64,000 nt of DNA from Macrostomum hystrix (taxonomy: Eukaryota > Animalia > Platyhelminthes). Position numbers and translations under genes: made by a program. Location of the stretch: positions 3,782,001 to 3,846,000 of the forward strand of contig CATNEN010000038.1 in NCBI GenBank assembly GCA_950097015.1, read 5' to 3'. The notes below the pieces were generated by a model that saw only the letters and a list, made by a program, of their open reading frames with translations, was not told the DNA's origin and searched no databases. Below, piece by piece: positions 24,466 to 35,362 of the stretch (positions are counted from its first letter, which is position 1; each line of letters starts with the position of its first letter).

Positions 24466-25083
24466 GCAGGGATTCTGATCCCAACAGACACTTCAACTGG
24501 GATTCTGATCCCAACAGACACTTCAACTGGGATTCTGATCCCAACAGACACTTCAACTGGGATTCTGATCCCAACAGACACTTCAACTGGGATTCTGATC
24601 CCAACAGACACTTCAACTGGGATTCTGATCCCCAACAGACACTACAACTGGGATTCTGATCCCAACAGACACTTCAACTGGGATTCTGATCCCAACAGAC
24701 ACTTCAACTGGGATTCTGATCCCAACAGACACTTCAACTGGGATTCTGATCCCAACAGACACTTCAACTGGGATTCTGATCCCAACAGACACTTGAACTG
24801 GGATTCTGATCCCAACAGACACTTCAACTGGGATTCTGATCCCCAACAGACACTTCAACTGGGATTCTGATCCCAACAGACACTTCAACTGGGATTCTGA
24901 TCCCAACAGACACTTCAACTGGGATTCTGATCCCAACAGACACTTGAACTGGGATTCTGATCCCAACAGACACTTGAACTGGGATTCTGATCCCAACAGA
25001 CACTTGAACTAGGATTCTGATCCCAACTGACACTACAACTGGGATTCTGATTTCAACAGGTACTCCAGCAGGGATTCTGATCC
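24466..25083. repeat. 30-bp minisatellite GGGATTCTGATCCCAACAGACACTTCAACT
   Basis: About 20 near-identical head-to-tail units with no spacers; each has the hairpin GGGAT-TCTG-ATCCC. Confidence 0.95.
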
Positions 25084-25513
25084 TCACAGAACTGTTTCTT
25101 CATCAACTTTTTGGTGCAAGTGCCATTCTGAAAGAACACGCGAGAGAAAGAAAAATAAGCATCCCCGCGAATTCGCCTCCTCGCGCGTGCCTGCAGATCC
25201 TTTTCTCCCATTTTCATTCATAATCCCACCAGTTCTGTGCCAGGATAAATCCCATCGGAACTGGACTCCTGGAGCCTGAAGCCTCATCCGTCAGACCACC
25301 CACTGACTCGCCCCTTTAAGACTGCAACAGGGGCAAAAAAATCCCCGATTCCCATCTAGAATCGAACCCTCGACAGGTCGCCCATTCTGTCGCTCACGCG
25401 CCTGCGACTTGAATTAGCGGTAAACAAAAGACAACAGAGAAAATTGTCATCCCATATGGGATTCATTTTCTCATACCTTAATTAATAGGTGCGAAATTTG
25501 CAGCTCTGAATAA

Positions 25514-25850
25514 TACAGTTCGCAGGTACACACTAACACAGATACAGTTCACAGGCACACACTCACACAGATACAGTTCACAGGCACACACTCACACAGA
25601 TACAGCTCACAGGCACACACTCACACAGATACAGTTCGCAGGCACACACTCACACAGATACAGTTCACAGGCACACACTCACACAGATACAGTTCACAGG
25701 CACACACTCACACAGATACAGCTCACAGGTACACACTCACACAGATACAGTTCACAGGCACACACTCACACAGATACAGCTCACAGGTACACACTCACAC
25801 AGATACAGTTCACAGGTACACACTCACACAGATACAGTTCACAGGTACAG
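25514..25850. repeat. 28-bp minisatellite ATACAGTTCACAGGCACACACTCACACAG
   Basis: About 12 units. Confidence 0.95.
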
Positions 25851-26089
25851 GTGAAATATTGAAATCTTGTGTGCAGAAAATTTATGTCTATATTGTTTTT
25901 GCCACCAGACATCAGACGGGAATCTTTGAATATCTCGACGATGCCGGATGTCTTGTGATTCTGAAATTAGTTTAATCAGTGCGGTGCGGTATATTTTAGC
26001 CCGTGTTCTGGATTTTCATAGCAATGGGTTGAATATTTTGGGAGATGCAGAAGAAAGAATTATGTGGAATTTGAAATACTGTGGCTGTT

Positions 26090-26232
26090 TCTACTGACCC
26101 TCGAGGGCGTAAATCAACAAGAGCCTTCACGGCGCGTCTGCGTCCCAAATAAATGTGACCTCGCCGCGGATTCGAGCTCGGGTGCGCCTGGGTGCGAGAG
26201 GCAACGCGTTTATCGTTCTGCCACTCAGCAAA
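26090..26232 (-). mobile_element. SINE family A head fragment next to a MITE relic (25860-26085)
   Basis: Reverse-complement head TGAGTGGCAGAACGATAAACGCGTTGCCTCTCGCACC. Confidence 0.65.
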
Positions 26233-26629
26233 CCCTGAAGGAAGTTTATCAACCATAAGCACCAGCTTTAGCAATAGGTGGCGCTTTTCAGTATTAGTGC
26301 TAACAAGCCAATCTTTATTTATACGAGCTGAATTCGATACTCGAAACTGCTAGTGGAAATTCACTTGACTGGCATTTCCCTCCAGGGATAAATCCCTACT
26401 TCCCATGACACGCACCGACCATTCTGGGTAGCGGCGGCCAGACTTTGCACTTTTAGTCGAGTTTTCTGTCTCTCCCTGGCATCGCTTGGCACTTCACCGA
26501 CTGGTGGGACCTTCAGAAATGGCACAACGAATTTGCGTGATCGCAAAGTCTCAAATCAAAGTCGCCCAAACATTCATCTTTCTCCCGTGATATTTCATCC
26601 CGCAATGTACAGCATCGATGGGTCACTTT

Positions 26630-26870
26630 ATTACCGCGGTTAGAGCTGTGGACTCCTGATCTAAAGGTCGGGAGTTCGTATCTCAGCCCATAAAAAAGCG
26701 ATTTGCGTCTTTAAACAAGAGACATTTTTAACCGATTGCTTCACTTCAGAATTTGATGCGGTAGAAATTTAAAGAAGGTGCGGCAGCCCTTCCAGTCCAT
26801 TGGCTGATCAGCTTCACACCGCATTAGGATGAGCTGCGCAATAGCTGCAGCAGTACCACTGCCTGTACAC
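26630..26870 (+). mobile_element. Degenerate CORE-type SINE (family B)
   Basis: GGTTAGAGC...GAGTTCGTATCTC head, CCAGTCCAT and GCAATAGCTGC motifs. Confidence 0.6.
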
Positions 26871-27390
26871 CTCTCACACTCTCCCTCTCCCACTCTCTCA
26901 CACTCTCCCTCTCCCACTCTCCCACTCTCTCACACTCTCCCTCTCCCACTCTCCCACTCTCTCACACTCTCCCTCTCCCACTCTCCCACTCTCTCACACT
27001 CTCCCTCTCCCACTCTCCCACTCTCTCACACTCTCCCTCTCCCACTCTCCCACTCTCTTCATCTCCCTCTCCCACTCTCCCACTCTCTCACACTCTCCCT
27101 CTCCCACTCTCCCTCTCCCACTCTCCCTCTCCCACTCTCCCTCTCCCACTCTCCCTCTCCCACTCTCCCTCTCCCACTCTCCCTCTCCCACTCTCCCTCT
27201 CCCACTCTCCCACTCTCTCCATCTCCCTCTCCCACTCTCTCCATCTCCCTCTCCCACTCTCCCACTCTCTCCATCTCCCACTCTCTCCCTCTCCCACTCT
27301 CTCCCTCTCTCCCTTTCCCACTCTCACTCTCCCACTCTCAATCTCCCACTCCCACTCCCTCCCACTCCCATCCCTCCCTCTCCCACTCTA
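26871..27390. repeat. CT-rich low-complexity repeat (CTCTCCCA)n
   Basis: Tandem polypyrimidine-rich array. Confidence 0.95.
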
Positions 27391-27859
27391 TAAGTCCCTC
27401 GATTCCAGCCTCTTCTATCAAATGATTCGCATTACTAATTTTCAGCCCTGGCCTATCAAGCCACACGGCCATGTTGTCACACGTATTAAACGCATTTTTT
27501 CATACTTATCGTTTCGGTCGGAAAATTTCACAGTTATATCGATGAGCCCCCGTCAGTCAAGGTGCATTGCACTCCAGGTGTGTGCCCAGCATCTCACCTT
27601 CTGCAATGCTTAGCCTTGTCTCTCCAAGCAAGCTCCGAAACTGACTTCTCATGCTGAATAGAACCTGTTGCTTTCAAGTGCTGGACGGATTGACTTAACT
27701 TGTATCGACGAGTAGAAAACCTACTCGTGTGAGAACAGTTTGCAAACGATGGGACGCGCATACTAGTTTTTATTGTGTTTATTAAAAGGGTAAACAACAT
27801 TAAAAAACGGTTTAAAGCATTTTTCACAAGCCAGCATTTTATATCCTATGCAGTAGGTA

Positions 27860-28122
27860 ATAATTTTAATTGATTAATAACTAATTACGCCTGCCACAAT
27901 TGGGGACATCTGAACACTGCGTTCAGTCCATGGACTGGGGAGACTCGCCACCCATTCTCAATTAACCCAGCTAATGCTGGTACAAATTTAACAGCTGGGC
28001 GAACTGAAGCAATGCAGAGTTAAATGTCTTGCTAAAGGACACAAATTGTTCCAGCGGAGTCGGGAATCGAACCCCCGACCTTTTAGTGGCGATTCCGACG
28101 CCCTAACCACTAGGCAACAATC
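27860..28122 (-). mobile_element. CORE-type SINE family B copy
   Basis: Reverse-complement head TTGCCTAGTGGTTAGGGCGTCGG...GGGGGTTCGATTCCC plus CORE block. Confidence 0.85.
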
Positions 28123-28544
28123 CCATGCATCTAAACATTAATAAATCAACTAGTTGCTAACCAAACTGTCAAAATGTCGCAAACAATTTAAGAAAGCAAC
28201 ACGCGTGCTGTCAAATAGCAATCAATGAAACTTGATTAATAATAGTAGTTGACAATCAGACAGGGGTAAAAATGCACCAACAATTTACAATTGGAAAGTA
28301 AACATTTTAATTTGAAACAAAGAACAAATATTGCATATCAAAGATGAAGTTCTGTTTCTTTAACGCAAAAGATGTGTTTTAAAACACAATTAAGGCATAT
28401 TTATGGATACAGCATGCATTTAGTACTTTTCTGCCGGGTTTTCTGCTGAAAAATGGAAACACTATTAATGACAACTCATCTTCTTGTGTATCTTCACGAA
28501 CAAAGCTATTTATCATAATTTATAAGATCTTTTTCACTTAGTGG

Positions 28545-29175
28545 TGTCAGCTGATGCAGTTTGGTGTGTCAGCTGATGCATTTTGGGTGTCAGCTGATGC
28601 CGTTTTGGGGGTGTCAGCTGATGCAGTTTGGGTGTCAGCTGATGCCGTTTTAGGGGTGTCAGCTGATGCAGTTTGGGGTCGTCAGCTGAGGCAGTTTGGG
28701 GTCGTCAGCTGAGGCAGTTTGGGGGTGTCAGGTGATGCAGTTTGGGGGTGTCAGCTGATGCAGTTTGGGGGTGTCAGCTGATGCAGTTTGGGGTCGTCAG
28801 CTGAGGCAGTTTGGGGTCGTCAGCTGATGCAGTTTGGGGTGTCAGGTGATGCAGTTTGGGGGTGTCAGCTGATGCAGTTTGGGGGTGTCAGCTGAAGCAG
28901 TTTGGGGGTGTCAGCTGATGCAGTTTGGGGTCGTCAGCTGAGGCAGTTTTGGGTCGTCAGCTGATGCAGTTTGGGGGTGTCAGGTGATACAGTTTGGGGT
29001 GTCAGCTGATGCAGTTTGGGGGTGTCTGCTGATGCAGTTTGGGGGTGTCAGCTGATGCAGTTTGGGGTCGTCAGCTGATGTAGTTTGGGGGTGTCAGGTG
29101 ATTCCGTTTGGGGGTGTCAGCTGAGGCAGTTTGGGGATGTCAGGTGATGCAGTTTGGGGGTGTCAGGTGATACAG
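28545..29175. repeat. ~22-bp minisatellite GTCAGCTGATGCAGTTTGGGG
   Basis: Tandem array downstream of the boule stop codon. Confidence 0.95.
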
Positions 29176-29341
29176 TGGTTGACGTCACAGGAGTTACCTT
29201 GCTTGGCTGCTGATATGGCAAAGCAGTAGCTAGAAAAGGGACAGCGGTCTTCTCCTAAAGCAGAACGATAAAGTACTTGAAGTACTGCAGCCAGGTGATC
29301 TTCGAGCTGTCCGAGCCATAGTCAGGAGGAAGTCGCGTTCA

Positions 29342-31360
29342 CTACAGGCTCCATTCGCTCAGCGGCCAGTCCACACAGCGTCGACGCTTCGCATCGCTAT
29401 GACTGGCGGTCGGTGCCGCGAAGTCGATAAGTTGGCCGGGTAGCAACGGTTGCTGGGCAGTAACTAACTGCTGCTGCTGTTGCTGCTGTTGCTGCTGCTG
29501 CTGCAGATTTGAACTAAGCTGATGCTGTTGGTGAATCGCAGCTGCAGCAGCTGACAGCCAAGGATTCGGCAGCAGCTGCGGTTGCTGGGCGGTTGCCATG
29601 CCACTAAGCAACAAGTCCGCGGCGGATAGGGGGCCGATCAAGGAGGGATGCTGATTCAACAGCGACTGCTGCAGGTGAGAATGAGTCAGAAACGGCAGAG
29701 CAATGTGCCCGGTTGAGTAGCTGGTTGTGGCAGCGGAGAGGGCAGCAGCAGCCGCAGCTGCTACCGCGGCACTCGCTGAATTCAACGCGCCGTTGATGCC
29801 GGCGTCCTGCCGAGTTGCTGTGGGCTTTCAGGCGAAAATTTGACAGATTTATTGGCTCCGAATGTTAAGAACAAGAGAGCAGTTAAAAATACCATTGTAA
29901 AGAGATTTGAACATTATTTACATGTAGCTATGGTGTCTCCCCAGTCATCTGATTTTTTTAACTGGTAGCAGAATACATAAAAAATAATAAAATGCTACCT
30001 TTGGATGTACAGCTAGCTGTTCACTCCATGGACTGGTGGAGGGCCCGCCAAAAACCACCCCAAATTCCTCAGAAGAAGCAATCAAGGTCATTCTCAAGGT
30101 CGTCGATTCAATTTCTGTGTCTGGACTGGACTCAGACTGGTCTAACAGTCTAATACTAAAGAAATATAAGTTAGCAATACATGTACTAAACTAATCACAG
30201 CCAACTGAACACATCGCAGCGAGTGAAATCCGTTTTTATTTTCTTCATCCATAAAACGCAGAACGCGGAACAAAAGTGTAACAATTTCAACACTTCCAAT
30301 ATCAAGCTAAGATAAAACCATAGATCTTATATGCCTATGCATATACCTAGGTATATAGGTATATAAGATCTATGAGATAGACAGCCCTATTCGTTTCCTG
30401 TTTATAAACGACTAACGGTGTATAAAAATATGACTTCATATTTTAACAGCCAATTCCTATATATAGCGAGCTGCATTGCTAATTTTATTTACAGATTGTT
30501 TCGCGAATTTCGGATGTTTAACATTGTGCTTAAAACTGTTAAAGCAAAGACAAAATTAGTTTTAAGCTTATCCTAGATTCCTACTTTTAGGCCATTGGTT
30601 GAAGCTTCGGATTTCTGAACAAGAGGTCGAGAGTTCGATTGCCGAACCAAGAGAAGCAAGCTAGTCGAGTCCTAGAGAGAGACATTTAATTGGCCATATA
30701 GCTTTAACTCACCCAGCACTCACAGCAGTGAAAATGGCACTGCAGCATCAGCTGGGGTAGAGAAATTTGAGTGGTCTTGTCAGCCTTCCCCAGTCCCTAG
30801 TCTATAGATGTTATATAAAGTTGTCTATGGCTTAAAGCCTATTATAGGAGCAGCTCATAGAACTCAGACCATAGACAGTTTGAACTATTTAACTGGTCTA
30901 TGGCTAATACTCGTTGGTGAGCCGATCAAATAATTCATTTAATTTAAGCCATAGACGAAAATATAAGAACATTGGCTAGCTCATTCACCGGCTTTTTGAT
31001 GGCCGGACCGATGTTGATCCTGCGCTGGTTGAAAATCAGGCCGTCCTTCGAGTCTCTCTGGATGATGAGCTCGGCGACACCGGCCTCCTCGAAGGTGACA
31101 AAGCCGTAGCCCCTTGAAGAGCCGGTCTTGTCCGCGATGATCTTCACGTCCTTGACAGAGCCGAGCGCGGTGAAGAACTTGCGCAGCTCGGACTCCTCCG
31201 TGCCTGGCGGTATGCCGCCAACGAAGACGCGATTCGGGATCAGCATCCCACCCGGCGGGATCCCCTGCTGCTGCTGCTGACGAGGCTTTCGCTGACTGGT
31301 AGAGTCGGCGCTCTTTACCGCCGACGTTGGCGACGTTGGTGGAGCAGCGTCCGCTGACAT
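29342..31360 (-). CDS. bol: Boule/DAZ-family RRM germline RNA-binding protein
   Basis: Exon 31360-30989 encodes PNRVFVGGI...ELRKFF...GSVKDVKIIADKTGSSRGYGFVTFE...INIGPAIKK, diagnostic of boule. Exon 2 starts at 29824 or 29806 (both phase 0), runs to the stop at 29342 and is A/Q-rich. Confidence 0.9.
30319..30374. repeat. 56-bp near-perfect palindrome CATAGATC...GATCTATG (mini-MITE-like)
   Basis: 20-bp arms with one mismatch around a central ATACCTAGGTAT. A similar CCATAGAC...GTCTATGG unit lies at 30869-30903. Confidence 0.7.
30590..30800 (+). mobile_element. Degenerate CORE-type SINE (family B)
   Basis: GAGTTCGATTGCC B box, CACCCAGC, CAGCATCAGCTGGGGTA, CCCCAGTCC. Confidence 0.55.
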
Positions 31361-32668
31361 TGTTGTCTGTCTGTCTTTCCTGTCCCTGTAAACGTCCCCT
31401 CGGTTAGAATTTTGCTTTGTGCTTTCCTTGTCTTCTTTAATTCCGCCTTATATCGCGTCTGTCCCTGGCTCTCCTGCAAGTGTTCTGCAAGTCTTCCCGA
31501 CCAGTCAGCTTTGCAGTCAAATTTCTATCATATATTGGGCTTAAGGTGAATTCCGCATTCAGCTGTTGCTATGGTGTATTTATGTGTGTGTGTGTGTGTG
31601 TGTGTGTGGGTGTACCCAGCCTATGGCGTAGAAGCTGCAGCACTGAAAACAAAAGGAGACACCACTAGAGAGAGATAGAGAGAGCAGATAGAAGTAGAAA
31701 GTAGAATCCGCTTCGATGGACGCGTAAACACACACACGGAGAGCCGCGGCCCTGACGGAAGGCGCAAATGCGAGCCGACGCAGCTTCGAAATCAGCTCAG
31801 ACCTGGCCGGCACGCTATAGAAAAACAAGATGCTAAGGGCATTGACTTTTTAGTAGCTACGGATTGGGGGAAGAAATAAGCGGCCGGCTACCCGCCCGCT
31901 AAGCTGCGCAGTTTGCGTGCCGCCAAGCAACAAATGCTATCTGCATTTGCCCTAGCAACTACCGCGCTCTCTCTCTCCTCCTCCTCCTATCTGGCTCCCA
32001 CACTTTCGCTATCAACTTTCCAGGCTACCAAACATCTCGGCCCTATCGTTGCTTTCCTTTGGTGTCACTCCCACCATCTGCCTATTTGAGCACACTTGAA
32101 CAGGTATTTTAGTTTTCGGGTGTTTAACACACTTACTTCGTTCAAAGTGCACATAATTACTAGCCTTATTCTTGTATTTTTCAATACATATCGGGCAGTC
32201 CTTTGCCATCAGAAGTGCCACGGTCTTAATGGAACAGAGGCAAAACTATTCGCCTTAAACCGAGTTTTTATTGATACATACTACTAAACAGTAGTCTTTT
32301 CTGCGCTTATTGGAATCTGCATTCGAACCGAATTATCAGTGGAGCACAAAAACAATTAGATGATGAGTTAAGAATAGAGTTAAGAGCTAGTTTCTGCTTG
32401 TAGAGAGACCGCATTCTATAATTGGTTAGGACGCGTACACTCTAGCACGCAGCAGTGTACATTGGCCAACCCTTTTCTTTCTTCTCAGCTCAGATAAACT
32501 CGTTCAACCTACGAGCCTCAGCCGCATGCAGCCTGGGAAATTTCAGACACTTCACAGTGACAGAGCAACAACAGAAACACAGTGTGAGCACAGGTTTCTG
32601 TCTATAAAAATGCTATAAAACACACTTTCAAGACATTTAAGTCTGTTAAAGAAGTCTCACTTGCACCA

Positions 32669-34056
32669 ATGCTGTTCAGTATTCTACTTTCGTTGCTTGT
32701 GTTTGTCTCTGTCTTGCTAGACAAAAGTGACAGCCCTGAGGCAGCAGCAGCTCCAGCTGCAGCAGCGTCAGCAGCAGCAGCAGCAAATGCTGGGTCTTAT
32801 CGCTCTCGCTGCTGGAAGCATGGCTTCAGTCCAGTTCACTCAGAGCCAATAAACCACACTCCGGAGCCTTTCATTGCTGCCCCCGCTTGCCGGGGTCGCT
32901 TCTTTGTCGTGGCAATTGTCCATTCAGCTAGTGGCAACCGCGTCAAACGCGATATAATACGGCGCACCTGGGCCTCCGTCAGGAACATCGATGGTCGTCG
33001 TTTGGCCACCGTCTTCGTAGTCGGTAGGTCCGCTGTCCCCAATGAGAATCGACTGATTGATGCAGAAAGTGAAGAATTTGGCGACTTGGTTGTGGCCAAT
33101 TTTCTAGACAGCTACCGCAATCTCACCTATAAGAATCTCTACGGCGTCAAATGGGCTGCGGAGCACTGCTCGAAAGTTAGCTTTGTGCTCAAGGTAAGTC
33201 TAGCGCCAGTTAGATAAAGTTTTTTTTTACTTTTTTAACAATCCCACTGTACACCCTCCTCACTCCACATCCACCTCACTACACGCCAAACTCACTCCAC
33301 ACCCACCTCATTTAACATCCACCTCACTCCCACACCCACCTCACTCTGCAATACGCACCCACCTCACTCCTCACCCACCTCACTCCAAATCGATCTTAAT
33401 TATTTCCGAACCCCATCTCGGGGAGTGAGTGGCGGAGCGATAAACTTTCCGTCTCTCGCACCAAGATCCCAAACTGGAATCCAGTGTTAGGCCCCATTAA
33501 TTTGAGGCCCTGCCTGATATAGGAAATTGTAATGGTAATTCTCTGGCCATTGTTTTATTTCTCTTTTCCCCATCTCGAATCGCAGACCGACGATGACGTA
33601 GTTGTGAATCCGTTTCACCTGTTCGAGTTAATCTCCGATCGTCTTCTGAATGCGAAAAACCTTTTCTACTGCAAAACCGCCACAGAGACCCGCATATCGG
33701 GAAAGCAGTACAAATGGTATGTTAGACCCGAGGAGTGGCCAGCCAAGGAGTACCCGAAGCACTGCAAAGGTCTCGGCTACCTGTTCTCAGCCGACCTCCT
33801 GCCTGCGATTCACCAGTGCGCTAAATGGCGGCTGTACTTCTGGATCGACGACATCTTCGTGACCGGAGCGATCGGTCACGAGGCTCTGGGAGCGACGCTG
33901 CTGCACTGGTCTCCGGGCTGGGATTTCCGCTACCTGCATCCCAGAGTTATCGGCCCCGGAGTGGCCCAGGCTCTGTTATTAAATGCGTACGACAGTCAGC
34001 CAATGTCAGCGCTGGTTCTGAGGGCCTGGCAGGCGATGCTGCACTACAGTGCCTGA
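32669..34056 (+). CDS. Beta-1,3-galactosyltransferase-like glycosyltransferase (GT31), type II membrane protein
   Basis: Exons 32669-33193 and 33586-34056. N-terminal TM; motifs KRDIIRRTW, VFVVG, ESEEFGDL, DSYRNLTYK, LK|TDDDVVVN, YPKHCKGLGYLFS and IDDIFVTG. Confidence 0.93.
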
Positions 34057-34099
34057 CAGGCAGCCTGCAATGCGCTTCTCGTGTCCATCAAGCGTCAGA

Positions 34100-34300
34100 C
34101 TAGCGACTCCGCCTGAACAATAATCTGTCCTTTAGCAAGACACTCAACTCTGCATCGCTTCAGTCCACCCAGCTGTTAAATGAGTACCAGCATCAGCTGG
34201 GGTAATTGAGGTTGGGCGTCCCCATCCAGTCCATGGACTGAACAGCCGTACGCAGCCTTTAGATGCACCGCGCAATAGCTGCAGGTGTGATCAATTGTTA
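34100..34300 (+). mobile_element. CORE-type SINE family B, 5'-truncated, in the GT31 3' region
   Basis: TGTCCTTTAGCAAGACACTCAACTC...CAGCTGTTAAATGAGTACC. Confidence 0.85.
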
Positions 34301-34535
34301 ATTTGCTTCAGTGACTTCTCAAGTAGCCTATTTTATTCAAGTAGGATTGCTTAAGCTAACGACTTGTTTTCCTAGATAATGAATGTAGTTAATTACATAC
34401 TGTTAATGAGCTGTCCATGACCATTGCTGGCTCTGCATATAGATGCAGAGGCATATTTATCATCGCCTAAAGCAAACATTTACATTTCTGCTGTTTTCCG
34501 CATCAATATTTTCTCAATAAATGACACCGCTGAGT

Positions 34536-35010
34536 GAGGGGCGAGTGGGTCAGCGGCTAACGTCGCTGCCTCGCACTCTAAAGGACGCTAGTTCGATTTA
34601 CCCTTCAAGTCACGATTAATTTCGGGACTTGTTGGGGGCGGAGGTGCACCATATTTCGTGCAATCAAAGCTTGAAATAATAGCTTCGCTCCTACCTCTTG
34701 TGAGCCTGTTCTGCGTTGCGTGAGTTGTGTGCGTTGGCGCTGGGGCGTGAGACCTTGCGGGGGGGTGGCTGGGGGGCGGGTGTACACCGCCGCGCGCTTT
34801 CTGGACTTCCGTCAGCGCGATTGGATATGTGTAGACACTCATCACCCGGCCCCCCCCGGCTGGTCTGTGCTGCTGTGTGTGGTGCCTGCTCAGGGGAGGC
34901 GGCGCGATGGGCGCAAAAGCGCCTAGTTCGCCGGTCTGGGGGCGTGCCGCTCCGTCGCTTGTGCGACAAGTGCCCCGGGCCCCCCCTGCAAAATAGATAG
35001 ATAGATAGAG
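34536..35010 (+). mobile_element. Intact GC-rich tRNA-derived SINE (distant relative of family A) with (AGAT)n tail and 10-bp TSD
   Basis: A-box-like TGGGTCAGCGG, B-box-like AGTTCGATTTACCC, tail AAAATAGATAGATAGATAGAG. TSD ACCGCTGAGT at 34526-34535 and 35011-35020. Confidence 0.8.
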
Positions 35011-35362
35011 ACCGCTGAGTAAGAGCTTATAAGCCTGAGTTCGCATTTTAGTCATCACAACTCAAAGCTGTTTTGGTCTACTGCTTAATTGGCTTCAGTC
35101 ACAGTCGATCAAACGGCTGCCTATTAAAGTTTAGTCTCCGTAACTGCAGTTTTGTAACAGTGTCCCTATCAAACTAATTGCGAAGGCCGCACTGAATCCA
35201 TTTTGGAACTGACAGAATCCATGGATTCACATCCGCTTTGGCTCAAAACGGTCCTCAGTTGTGCCTTTGCGAATATCTTTTATATATAAACAATTTAAAA
35301 TTAAATTCCCAAAACTTTACGCTTGAGCTGAAACATTTTTTGGCTTTAGAACTCAAAAAACC

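Noticed and set aside
24466-25083. CRISPR array (30-bp repeats with an internal hairpin)
   Set aside because: Units are head-to-tail with no unique spacers, the context is eukaryotic and there are no cas genes. The same applies to 50112-50645 and 60304-60682.
34588-35058. 156-aa minus-strand ORF
   Set aside because: Antisense reading of the GC-rich SINE bounded by a TSD.
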